Positions 35,201-43,479 of a stretch of DNA of 64,000 bases are shown one piece after another. Origin of the DNA: Ostreococcus lucimarinus (Eukaryota); assembly GCA_000092065.1 (NCBI GenBank), contig CP000594.1; one strand, given 5' to 3'. The translations under genes were made by a program, and so were the position numbers. The notes under the pieces were generated by a model. The model was not told the origin of the DNA. It worked only from the letters and a program-made list of their open reading frames with translations, and searched no databases. The stretch's first letter is position 1, and each line of letters starts with the position of its first letter.

Positions 35201-38200
35201 TGTCGGTGATGAAGGAAGTGAACTGCGCGGTTACCTCTGGTTGGATAGCGTTTCTGTGACACAGGAACGCTACTCTCCTCAACGAGTCGAGACGCCCTCT
35301 GCACAGCTCGGAGGTATGCAAGAAGGCGTTCACGCAATCACAGATATTGAATATTCGGTCATCAGCCGAAGCGATGGCTCTAAGTGCAAATCGCTGTCGG
35401 ACTGTGATATCATCGTGAGCCTGCGTCAGGTGAAGAGATGCATTGATGCGCAGTCGCGAGGCGATTTCAATATTTCGCCGATGGTGATGTCACAGACGAG
35501 TCCAAACCCGCAACCCGCGACGGTCTCGTGTGGTCGTCACTATGCAGCGAACTGCTCGACTTGTCCGTGGAAGGTGTCCGCGGAAGGTGTCCGTGGAAGG
35601 TGGATGGGCTGGAAATATTGCAATGGTGCGTGCGAATGGAGATGGCACGGGCGTATCAATGCAGGTGGCACGTGCGTGTCAAAGCCAGCTCCAACTCCTC
35701 CGGCAATAACAGTCACGGATCGTACTTCTTCAACACGTGGAACCGTCACTGCACAGATCACAGGGGGGACGATGACGCAATTTTCCACCTCTGCCAATTC
35801 ATCTGAAGTGCAGGACGCATTACGTCATGTCCTCGGAGCGCACGACGGAGGCTTCGTGGTGAGTCCAAGCATGGATTTGTTTGATGCGTGCGGTGTGAGC
35901 GCTCATCGCATGCGCGTTGCGCATGCGAGCGATCTCGAATCGATCCAAGCGCGGTACAAAGAAGTCGTCAATGGTGTGCCCCTGGGAATGCTACCGAAAT
36001 CTTCCCGAGGCCGCACTGCGGAAAATGACGCAGGTCTCCTTAATATAACTGTGAATGTCTCAGGCGGCCTCGCTGAGATAGTCGCGACAGACGAGTCGAG
36101 CGATTTCATCGGTATGGTGCCCCTGGACACGAGAACAGATCTCGATGTGCGCGCCTTGATTCGCGGTGGCGACGCCGTGTTGGCGACGGCTGTTGTGACG
36201 GATGGCGACACAGTCGTACCATGTTCTGTCTCACCTGACCGTATGTCTGCGACTGGCTTCAAACAAGTTCCGAACGGGCAGGCATTCGTTGGCGATGCTT
36301 CTTGCCACATCATTGTGCCACACGAGGAAGTTGCATCTGACGCGACCGTGCACGCTCCGACGGAGTTGAATCAGGATGGTTTTCCCTCACTCGGTGAGTC
36401 CGTGAGTCAATCGAGTCCGACAGACCAGAAACGTCGACGGGACGTCGAAACTATCCGTCGGCGCAGCATGTCAAACTCGCTAAAATTTCCTGGCCATGAT
36501 ACCTGGGCAAAACGAGATCTATCGATGAGTAGATCCGATCTTGGACGATTAACAGTCACAGTGGTTGGTTTTGGTGCGCGTGTGCACAACGGCGCCGCGC
36601 ACCGTAGAGCTGCGAATCACGCGCGGAAACTGTTGAAAACGGAACTCGTCGCGAAGGATGCAGGTCAGGGGAGTCTCAACAATACGAAAAGCAAGTATGA
36701 ATTTCCGGCGGGCGCGGGTCGATTCAGTGATCCATCGACGTGGGGTCCTCGGGGAGTGCCGGACCAAAACTCGACGGATATGCTCTTTATTCCTGCCGGT
36801 TTCAATCTTACTCTGGATGTCGCCGATACGTACTTCCGCGTGTGGGTGATTGAGGGGCACCTAAATTTCCAACGGGGCATGAACATCACGATGCAAGCAG
36901 AAATGATCGTCATCAACGGCGACGACGCACACTTTAGCATTGGGAGTGAAACACGTCCCTTTGAAGATCAGGCGAATATCATCATGCACGGTCACTGGCG
37001 ATCCCTCGGCTTGCCCAAATATGGGGTGAAGTGCATCTCACTGACGAGCGGACGATTAACATTCTATGGTCAGCACGTCACGCCTTGGATGGAACTGGCC
37101 ACTACGGCTTCAGCTAACGCAAACGTTATTTCCGTCAGAAGCAAGGAAGGCAAGACTCCAGATCTCGCCGGATGGAAACCGGGTGCGAGTATTGTGGTGA
37201 CGTCAACCTCTTACGGGGACAGGAGATGTCGGCAAAACCGTACAGACGACTGTCAACCCGAGGAGCGCGTTATTGAATCTGTCACTCCTAGAGGCAACTT
37301 TGCGGACATAACTCTCGATCGACCGTTGAAGTATGAACATTTGGGTGAATCCGTGAATGTGGCGGGAAGCCCCCGCGGGGCTACGATTGAGCGTCGTGCT
37401 GAAGTAATGCTTCTCACGAGAAATATCAACGTGCGCGGCACGACTGAACACAATGGGTATAAGCTCGTCGGCTTTGGCGCGCACACTATGATGATGTCTG
37501 GTCAAATGGTGTTGAAAAATGTTGAATTCGGCCCAAACGTCGGACAGGCCTTCCAACTGGGTCGGTATGCCATCCACTACCACACGCCCAATGAAAAGAT
37601 GTTCAAATATGGTTTGACAGCCTCAAATGACCCGAGGATGCAGGGCGCAGACCAGCGCTTGAGTCGTGTGGAGGGAGTCTCGGTCCACCAATCAAACAAC
37701 CGTGCGATCGCGGTGCATGGTTGTTATCGACTGAACATCATTAACAACGTCGCGTACAACATCTTGGGACATGGGATGTTCGTTGAAGATGGTGTGGAAA
37801 TGTGGAACCTCTTCAAGGACAACGTTGTTTCTCTAGTGCATCGCTCTTTCTCTCTTTTGAACACTGATCAAACACCTGCAGCGTTTTGGATATCGAACGC
37901 TAACAATTTCTTCATCGGTAATCGAGTGTCATCGAGTAATCATCATGGATATTGGTTTGACCCACCAGGAGGACCTACCGGACCGTCGTCGCGAACGCTC
38001 ACGGGGCCTTTGGAAATCCAAAAATTAAGCACTCGGAAGGTACCGCTCGGCCAGTTTGAAAATAACAGAGCCCACTCGAATGGCCACTCCGGACTTTGGA
38101 TTGATCAAATAAACACGGTCTTGCAGCAAGGCGGCAGGCTCAGAATGTACATGGTCGGTACCCACGTATGGAACAATGGAATCAACGGTTTCGGAATGAT

Positions 38201-41200
38201 TACCGGCGTTGGGCATCTACAGATTGTGAATACGTTTGCCATGGGCAACGGGATTGACATCATGTATATCAAGTCGACTGGTGCGACGTGGGCGATGCCG
38301 ACGAATGGTTGGTCCGGTAACTTGGTGTACAACGCCACCCTTCGCGGTGACCCGAAACGCAATACCCAGGCAATCGGCTGTCCGCACGGCGGATGGGTAA
38401 CATTTAACGATATCCTCATTAGTGGCTATCAAAGTAGGTTGCCCCCAATACACCACTGCGCTGTGTGTCCGGGTTTCAAAGGCGGCATGGAAGTTCGTTT
38501 CATGAATATGAAATTCGTCGACAGTGATACAAGGCGGCTCCGCGGTGGTTCAACATCTCGACCGCGCGTATTCTGGAACGGGTACAACTCCAACCTTTTG
38601 CTCGACGTGGATGGGACCCTGAGTGGATCGCCAGGTCCACGATGGGCGCATTCAGTCAAGGGCGCCAGTGATGATCCCAGGAACCGGCCGACGGGTCATT
38701 TTCCGCCAGAACACTGCACCCTCAATGATCACATCGGAGGTGTTGTTTGCGACGCCAACACTGTGTCGTTGCGAGAGGTGCAGTGGCGCCGTATCAAGCC
38801 CATGACCCTTATACCCATGGCGATGCAGACAGCACCTGATCAAAATGCAGGGCAAGTGAACTTTTATCATTACGACCATATCGAGCGACGTTTCAATTGG
38901 CGTACGACATTGGTTATGGTTAAAAGTCCGAACGCGAAGCCATACATCCATAACTTTACGTTTAAGTTTAAAACATGGCAAATTGATGACCCGGACGCTT
39001 GGTACATGGAGGTCCGTGAGCTTCAGCCCAATGAATGGGCTATAATGCGATTCCCCACACTCCGCAATCCGTGGCGTTGGAACTTGAATTCAAGAATACC
39101 GACGGTCACATTGAATAACTACAATCAAAGTGATTATAGTTTCAATGAGAGCAAGGCCATCACCACCACGAGCAACGAATGGCTGAGTTGGAAAAATCAC
39201 AAGTTCGGCGACCACACATACCTACCCGTTGTGGAGACAAGGGATGTTAATGTAAAGCCAGATCCAGGGCTGCTCGATATCATGATATCTGGCAAGCGCG
39301 AACAAGGATGGACACAATCGTACGCCCTCGGTGCCAACTATGATGGCGCGCGTGAAGATATGCCCGTCTGCACCACTTCATGCGGAAGCTCGGCAAAGTC
39401 AACATGTGGCATGAAACGCTACAACTGCAGACCGGGCGACAAGAAACGATGTTTGCCGATGGAAAAGCCTGCAAACTGCTTCGACAATCGACCTATACCC
39501 GAGGTAGATCCCGAGCCTAAAACTTTTTCCTGGTGCGACTCAAACGAAGTTTGGTCTCCGCCGGCATTCGGGGATGACGTCATGATCAAGGCTGGTTGGA
39601 CGGTCATCTTAGATGAAACCTGTCTGGTGACCAACATAACTAGACACGTGGATTTATATGGGTCCCTGTTGCTTCGTGATCCAGGCGCTGGTAAAACCAT
39701 CAAGTTCCGAGCGCAGACCATCCACGTCGCGGCTGGGATTGGATACCTCGAAGCTGGTGACCAGGATGATCCGATATCGAATGGCGACGTTCGTATCGAG
39801 CTTTATGGGAACAGATTTTCTAACGCTCGAATGGGCTACGGTATGGAGACAAAGTACATCGCCGTTCTCGGACACCTCAGCCTCGTCGGAAAGGCGAGCG
39901 TGGAGCAAACGTGGTCGACGCTTAGAAGCGATGCGCCCGCGGGAAGCAGTACAATTGAAACGACAGCCTGTGGCGGTTGGAATACTGGCGACACGCTCAT
40001 GATTGGTGGCGCTATGCACAATTGGACCGGGATCAAGCATGCTTGGTTTTTGAGCGCGGAGCGCTGTGATATTTCCTCCATAGCAGTTGCGAGCGAAGGT
40101 TGCGTCATACGGTGTACTTCCAGCTTCAACTACACGCACTCAGGCCCGGCCCAAAAGCACGAGGTCAGTTTTGGTGGAATGCCAGTGACTCTCATGCATA
40201 GGCGCTCTCCAGGTGGGCGCGTGCAGGTAGTTGGCATGGAAGACAAAAACAAGGCACTGGCAGAGCAGCACTATGGTGCTGTTATTACTATCCTGAAACC
40301 GAAAAAGAAAGGCTATGACGCAAAATTGGCTAAGAGATTCAAGATAGAACTCAAGACGCCCGAGCGCATGCAAGCGGCAACTGAAAGCATGAAACATGAT
40401 CCCCCGCCTGAATGCCACCGCAGACAAGGTTCGGCTGTGATCGTCAATGTCAACTTTGCGCATTGCGGTCAGCGGCACTCTAGTCGCGCGTGTGTTTCTT
40501 TTGCCGCCGGTATTGGCGCTGAGTATCGAGCTACGTTCGCAGAAACGACATCGATGGCACTCGTTGCGAACAACACATTTGCGGACGCCTACAATTTTGC
40601 CGTGAGCGCAGCAGGAGATGGAATTATTATAGAGAATAACGCCATCGCACAAACCTATCACGGTGGATTCGAGGTCTCTGGTGCGAACAACACAATGTCT
40701 AATAACGCAGCTGTTCGATTATTCGACGATGTTAGTGATTACTTTCACGACATTGGGTCGGTTGGTTTCAAGTTGTCGGGATCAGGGAAATGGTATACTA
40801 ACGTCGTCGCCTCCGTGCAGTACACTGGGTTTAAAATTCCTGGATATCCGTGCGAAATGATGACTCCAGACGTGGAGGATGAGGGTTTAGACGTTCGCGC
40901 TGTGACCACCGTTCCCGCCGAACCTACAATGCGTGACCTTCGCGCGTATGGTGGCATGGTAGGCGTGAATCTGCGGGGCGGGCGTACTCGGATGGTCACA
41001 CGTGAACCGGTGGAGGCCTACGCGCCGCTCGAGTGTCGCCAATGGAGCGACTTCGAGATTCGTTCAATGGTTTGGTACGGCGTAACCACGTTTGGTCAGG
41101 GAAAAACGTCTATTGTGTTGAAAAACTTTAATATTTGGGACACCGGACTTGGTTTCGCGCTGTGGATGGTCAACGGTGGCTCAGCCGCAGGTTCGAGCAG

Positions 41201-42095
41201 CGAGCGAGGGCATTTCGCAGAAATCAGTGACACGACGATAATCGGTTCTGCAAGTCGATGTAGAAACGACGGCATTGGGTTTCCCGCGTTTTACTTAACG
41301 GCAGAACCGTACCGGCCGGATCAAGGAGTGAAAACGCCATCGCGCTTTGGTGGAACGACGCTAAGAAACATAAGGTTTCGCGATTTCGGCGCATGTGAAA
41401 AGAAAGGCGTTCGTCAAGTTCGTCAAAAGAATTACGCATTGGTGAACGCCATGAACCGTGGGCGATACGCGTGGGTTTACTACGACAACGCGAACCCCGT
41501 GCGATCTTCTGGCTTGAGCTTTAAGGGTGTACCATTCGAAAACAGGTTACTCATGATCCATCCAAGCTGGGGTCGAATAGGCAATGGGAAATGGGGCTGT
41601 GCCCAAATGTACTGCGACGGACATCGCAACACGTTTGTGATGGATGAGGACGGTTCGCTGCTCGGTGATAACGCCGCATTCGGGACCATCTTGCCCGAAA
41701 ACGAGATTGGTTGGTTCAAGAAACTGGCCTATATCGATCCGCTCAGCCGTGACATTCTTGAAGATTTGGTTCCATTCACACACCAGTGGCTGCCCAACGG
41801 TACCAAACTGACGCCCATGCGAGGGAAGCTCTACGACGAGCCAGGCCATCTCAAAATGGGCTGTCGAAAGGAGGCTTCATGGCAGGCGTGGCTCTGTCCC
41901 GAACACAGGCACAGGCAAATAATCCACGAAAGTTTGGACGGCGATCACACGAAGAGGCGCATCTCCCCAACTTCTGTTCTCACAGAGCTACCATCTCAGA
42001 GCAAGCGTTTCATGTCTCTGTACACTGGGCCTGCGAAATACGGAGGAAACTCCTCGACCGAGGGCAATAACATCCAAGCGCTCGATCGAGGCTAG
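32271..42095 (+). CDS. Giant PKHD1/fibrocystin-TMEM2/CEMIP-like cell-surface protein, about 3274 aa, single exon. N-terminal signal anchor, IPT/TIG domains, two G8 domains and two blocks of PbH1 parallel-beta-helix repeats.
   Basis: IPT/TIG-like segments (~32895-33330 and 33420-33600). G8 domain 1 at ~36700-37080 (W-G-P-RGVP...PFEDQANIIMHG...YGVKCISLTSGRLTFYG) and G8 domain 2 at ~39520-39900 (FSWCDSNEVWSPPAFGDDVMIKAGWTVILDE...). PbH1-like repeats at ~37440-38350 and ~40500-41300 (NNVAYNILGHGMFVEDG..., NNTFADAYNFAVSAAGDGIIIENNAIAQTYHGGFEVSGANNTMSNNAAV). First ATG at 32271. The listed start at 32229 is TTG. Confidence 0.75.
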   Translation: MTSATPKRRRARRFLYAFGGPTLLFNLMRVFAMSGLVATITMSTAAGAAHGGGASMDEGPAQMHYMPDRFRSLAGGGWLTISSRDVHKSLMPMPGMRGGGEGANESAVSGSAMKDEVKIDLAHGDPDGERSCDLVHYKSSSNELVCSPRAVDCCLDGLTAQELASVSDGCPSVRPELNVEVNGQRLTWGSAGRNGRDTLTDESLKVSHGQTPTIVAVEPAEVRPGELITVYGRTCFGDVWKKDEDDGSSLRDDPDALRDLFSVEASAREDPRQEIGLEKSLYKVLIGDLPCEVRDPLTNRYYRSERGDGPYTAHRQTECGPVNGWFQCRVPQDIDSGLHLLHYETYTRGNAVILSEALRWNASDASKGYVLSVVDDKSEDEDPPRVYNITQLSKDESKQRLLVEGASLDAPNIVVELDGERCGGKKVVSRSGIEVECSGSAGASSQYHYGPPAWLREDWVFKDKNNKFVGGKAWSNALHVLKQRGERYNPLADEVMDALSSALATNGIVRGYKIEKVQQYLTSPSVGSPYVEATSGMKAAHAGLIRHRRIRNAVFERVSGVITAKANGRMRVAIANAAGNNMVLRVRHVSDNLNVFKPWLLVSKFCGTRYSRQNIYRYGFSQWFSVRGNEKYYMEFLMNLDPRYLHNFGGFDVKMEFSYDAGNPAGSIGQLTHTTTPHVPKRAHGGDYVVRFSGASKTAIRFAHNATSSRSNFEWKLFSGGKTIEFNTKNWLHAREHVRKVRDALRWANCTALPEDSKMWDADSTHSSHPFDVENRWLMVRDTQTFKEPTTDWNFIWQRRMGGFRGASIDWSTSYCSTHSQKFDLSSLPPGRVITPSSHFDVPASSRATTNKFLNFAYKVTPGTRATLLLRLKYRSGNRDISTTCAVLLTHEQATGNVKNFDHPACVDLRSVFKDDGEWHFISFDWRTALAGGEYAPSYLGEAMFPHKVQVQLDGIGVGAQRFLGKCPNKQRLAEMYVGDEGSELRGYLWLDSVSVTQERYSPQRVETPSAQLGGMQEGVHAITDIEYSVISRSDGSKCKSLSDCDIIVSLRQVKRCIDAQSRGDFNISPMVMSQTSPNPQPATVSCGRHYAANCSTCPWKVSAEGVRGRWMGWKYCNGACEWRWHGRINAGGTCVSKPAPTPPAITVTDRTSSTRGTVTAQITGGTMTQFSTSANSSEVQDALRHVLGAHDGGFVVSPSMDLFDACGVSAHRMRVAHASDLESIQARYKEVVNGVPLGMLPKSSRGRTAENDAGLLNITVNVSGGLAEIVATDESSDFIGMVPLDTRTDLDVRALIRGGDAVLATAVVTDGDTVVPCSVSPDRMSATGFKQVPNGQAFVGDASCHIIVPHEEVASDATVHAPTELNQDGFPSLGESVSQSSPTDQKRRRDVETIRRRSMSNSLKFPGHDTWAKRDLSMSRSDLGRLTVTVVGFGARVHNGAAHRRAANHARKLLKTELVAKDAGQGSLNNTKSKYEFPAGAGRFSDPSTWGPRGVPDQNSTDMLFIPAGFNLTLDVADTYFRVWVIEGHLNFQRGMNITMQAEMIVINGDDAHFSIGSETRPFEDQANIIMHGHWRSLGLPKYGVKCISLTSGRLTFYGQHVTPWMELATTASANANVISVRSKEGKTPDLAGWKPGASIVVTSTSYGDRRCRQNRTDDCQPEERVIESVTPRGNFADITLDRPLKYEHLGESVNVAGSPRGATIERRAEVMLLTRNINVRGTTEHNGYKLVGFGAHTMMMSGQMVLKNVEFGPNVGQAFQLGRYAIHYHTPNEKMFKYGLTASNDPRMQGADQRLSRVEGVSVHQSNNRAIAVHGCYRLNIINNVAYNILGHGMFVEDGVEMWNLFKDNVVSLVHRSFSLLNTDQTPAAFWISNANNFFIGNRVSSSNHHGYWFDPPGGPTGPSSRTLTGPLEIQKLSTRKVPLGQFENNRAHSNGHSGLWIDQINTVLQQGGRLRMYMVGTHVWNNGINGFGMITGVGHLQIVNTFAMGNGIDIMYIKSTGATWAMPTNGWSGNLVYNATLRGDPKRNTQAIGCPHGGWVTFNDILISGYQSRLPPIHHCAVCPGFKGGMEVRFMNMKFVDSDTRRLRGGSTSRPRVFWNGYNSNLLLDVDGTLSGSPGPRWAHSVKGASDDPRNRPTGHFPPEHCTLNDHIGGVVCDANTVSLREVQWRRIKPMTLIPMAMQTAPDQNAGQVNFYHYDHIERRFNWRTTLVMVKSPNAKPYIHNFTFKFKTWQIDDPDAWYMEVRELQPNEWAIMRFPTLRNPWRWNLNSRIPTVTLNNYNQSDYSFNESKAITTTSNEWLSWKNHKFGDHTYLPVVETRDVNVKPDPGLLDIMISGKREQGWTQSYALGANYDGAREDMPVCTTSCGSSAKSTCGMKRYNCRPGDKKRCLPMEKPANCFDNRPIPEVDPEPKTFSWCDSNEVWSPPAFGDDVMIKAGWTVILDETCLVTNITRHVDLYGSLLLRDPGAGKTIKFRAQTIHVAAGIGYLEAGDQDDPISNGDVRIELYGNRFSNARMGYGMETKYIAVLGHLSLVGKASVEQTWSTLRSDAPAGSSTIETTACGGWNTGDTLMIGGAMHNWTGIKHAWFLSAERCDISSIAVASEGCVIRCTSSFNYTHSGPAQKHEVSFGGMPVTLMHRRSPGGRVQVVGMEDKNKALAEQHYGAVITILKPKKKGYDAKLAKRFKIELKTPERMQAATESMKHDPPPECHRRQGSAVIVNVNFAHCGQRHSSRACVSFAAGIGAEYRATFAETTSMALVANNTFADAYNFAVSAAGDGIIIENNAIAQTYHGGFEVSGANNTMSNNAAVRLFDDVSDYFHDIGSVGFKLSGSGKWYTNVVASVQYTGFKIPGYPCEMMTPDVEDEGLDVRAVTTVPAEPTMRDLRAYGGMVGVNLRGGRTRMVTREPVEAYAPLECRQWSDFEIRSMVWYGVTTFGQGKTSIVLKNFNIWDTGLGFALWMVNGGSAAGSSSERGHFAEISDTTIIGSASRCRNDGIGFPAFYLTAEPYRPDQGVKTPSRFGGTTLRNIRFRDFGACEKKGVRQVRQKNYALVNAMNRGRYAWVYYDNANPVRSSGLSFKGVPFENRLLMIHPSWGRIGNGKWGCAQMYCDGHRNTFVMDEDGSLLGDNAAFGTILPENEIGWFKKLAYIDPLSRDILEDLVPFTHQWLPNGTKLTPMRGKLYDEPGHLKMGCRKEASWQAWLCPEHRHRQIIHESLDGDHTKRRISPTSVLTELPSQSKRFMSLYTGPAKYGGNSSTEGNNIQALDRG

Positions 42096-43349
42096 GAGCT
42101 CGAGCGCTTGTTCCACCGCGGCGTCTCCGATGGCGTGCACGGCGATCTGAAGACCCGCTGCGTCCGCGAGAGTGGCTTGCTTGCGCAAAATTTTCTCTCT
42201 TTTACCTCTGGGGTACATCAAATGTCCAGACGTCGACCCGTCGTCTAGATACGGCGCCATCATCGCCGCGGTTCGCCCGCCCAAGCTACCGTCGAGAAAC
42301 GCCTTGACGCCGCCCAATCGAACCCGAGAAGCCGCGGTCTCATTCTCTCGCGTCCAACCACTGTTCCACGCGACGTGGGATTGAACGCTTGCCCAGTCCC
42401 CGAGTGGCATGTACGACGTGATGCGAATCGGAAGGTCGCCGACCGCGTCCCATCGCTCGAGCGTCTCAAAATCTTCCCAGAGCTGCGCGTATCCATCCGC
42501 GCCCGCCACCAAGCTCTCGATGTCCCCGAAATCACCCACGGTCGTGATTCCTTTACTGAGTAAGTACTCAAACGCCCGTTTAAACGCTTCATCGCGCTCG
42601 CTCCGCGACCGCTTCGGCACCGCGTTCGACATCGCCGCCGTGGCCAACTCCTTTAGAATCCCAGTCGGCGCCCCCTCGTCGTCCAACTCCACGATCCCAC
42701 CCGCGATCACCGTCTTCGCGCCCGTGATCTTCGCGATTTCCAACGCCGCCTCGCTCGCGAATCCGACGTGTCCGCACGTCCGCGTGACCCACACCTTCGC
42801 TCCGACGAATCGTTCGTCGCCGCGCGTCCACGCGTTCGACGGCGTCTCGCCGCCCCACGACGTCTCGTCCCAACCGTGTCCCAGCACCCATTTTTCCTTC
42901 CCAGCGTCGATCGCTCGCGCGAGGGTCTCTATGAACTCTTCTTTGGACCGCACGCCTCGCAGATCGAGCGCGTCGAGCGCGAATCCGCCCGTGACGACGT
43001 GCGCGTGCGCGTCGACGAAGCCGCTTCGCAGCGCGCGCCCGCCGCAGTCCAACACGACGCCGAATCTCGTCGACGGAACGTCTTCGACGGCGATGATTCG
43101 CCCGTGTCGGGATACCGTGATGTCTTTGATCGCGCCCGCGTCGCCGACGGCGCAGTTCGCGAACGTGGTGACGTCGGCGTCGCGTTCGGCGTCGGTCGAG
43201 TGATGACGCGCGCGAGCTGGACCGGTGGTTTTAGCGCCGTAGCCGAGCGGGCAGGCGGAGAATCGAGCCTCGAACGCGGGCCAGGCGATCGCGAGGAGTG
43301 CGCTCGCGATTGCGAGGGCGAACGCGACGTCGCGGGGGGTCCATCGCAT
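41988..43349 (-). CDS. Amidohydrolase-3 family (YtcJ/LAF3-like) metal-dependent hydrolase with an N-terminal TM anchor. Apparently truncated C-terminally, possibly a pseudogene.
   Basis: ATG at 43349. TM MRWTPRDVAFALAIASALLAIAW. H-x-H metal site (VDAHAHVV), LGHGWDETSW, and ...IAVHAIGDAAVEQALELLAS. After HAIGD, about 40 aa remain and they overlap the 3' end of the PKHD1-like gene. The expected ~150-aa C-terminal part of the fold (RIEH..., GSD, final metal ligands) is absent. Confidence 0.5.
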   Translation of the reverse strand: MRWTPRDVAFALAIASALLAIAWPAFEARFSACPLGYGAKTTGPARARHHSTDAERDADVTTFANCAVGDAGAIKDITVSRHGRIIAVEDVPSTRFGVVLDCGGRALRSGFVDAHAHVVTGGFALDALDLRGVRSKEEFIETLARAIDAGKEKWVLGHGWDETSWGGETPSNAWTRGDERFVGAKVWVTRTCGHVGFASEAALEIAKITGAKTVIAGGIVELDDEGAPTGILKELATAAMSNAVPKRSRSERDEAFKRAFEYLLSKGITTVGDFGDIESLVAGADGYAQLWEDFETLERWDAVGDLPIRITSYMPLGDWASVQSHVAWNSGWTRENETAASRVRLGGVKAFLDGSLGGRTAAMMAPYLDDGSTSGHLMYPRGKREKILRKQATLADAAGLQIAVHAIGDAAVEQALELLASIERLDVIALGRGVSSVFRRPSVQRHETLALRW

Positions 43350-43479
43350 GGCGCGGGAGCGCGCGCGAGGCGGACGCTGACGCGAGGAGCGGCGAGCGGG
43401 CGCGTGGCGGCGGCGGCGGTATGATTACATGAATGCCTGCGTGCTGGACGATCGGTGGTCGTCGTGAACGCGAGACGCT

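Noticed and set aside
1-42095. Giant AT-richer ORFs as prokaryotic or giant-virus insertions.
   Set aside because: Both products (VPS13-like, PKHD1/TMEM2-like) are characteristically eukaryotic multi-domain proteins. A viral or bacterial origin is not supported.
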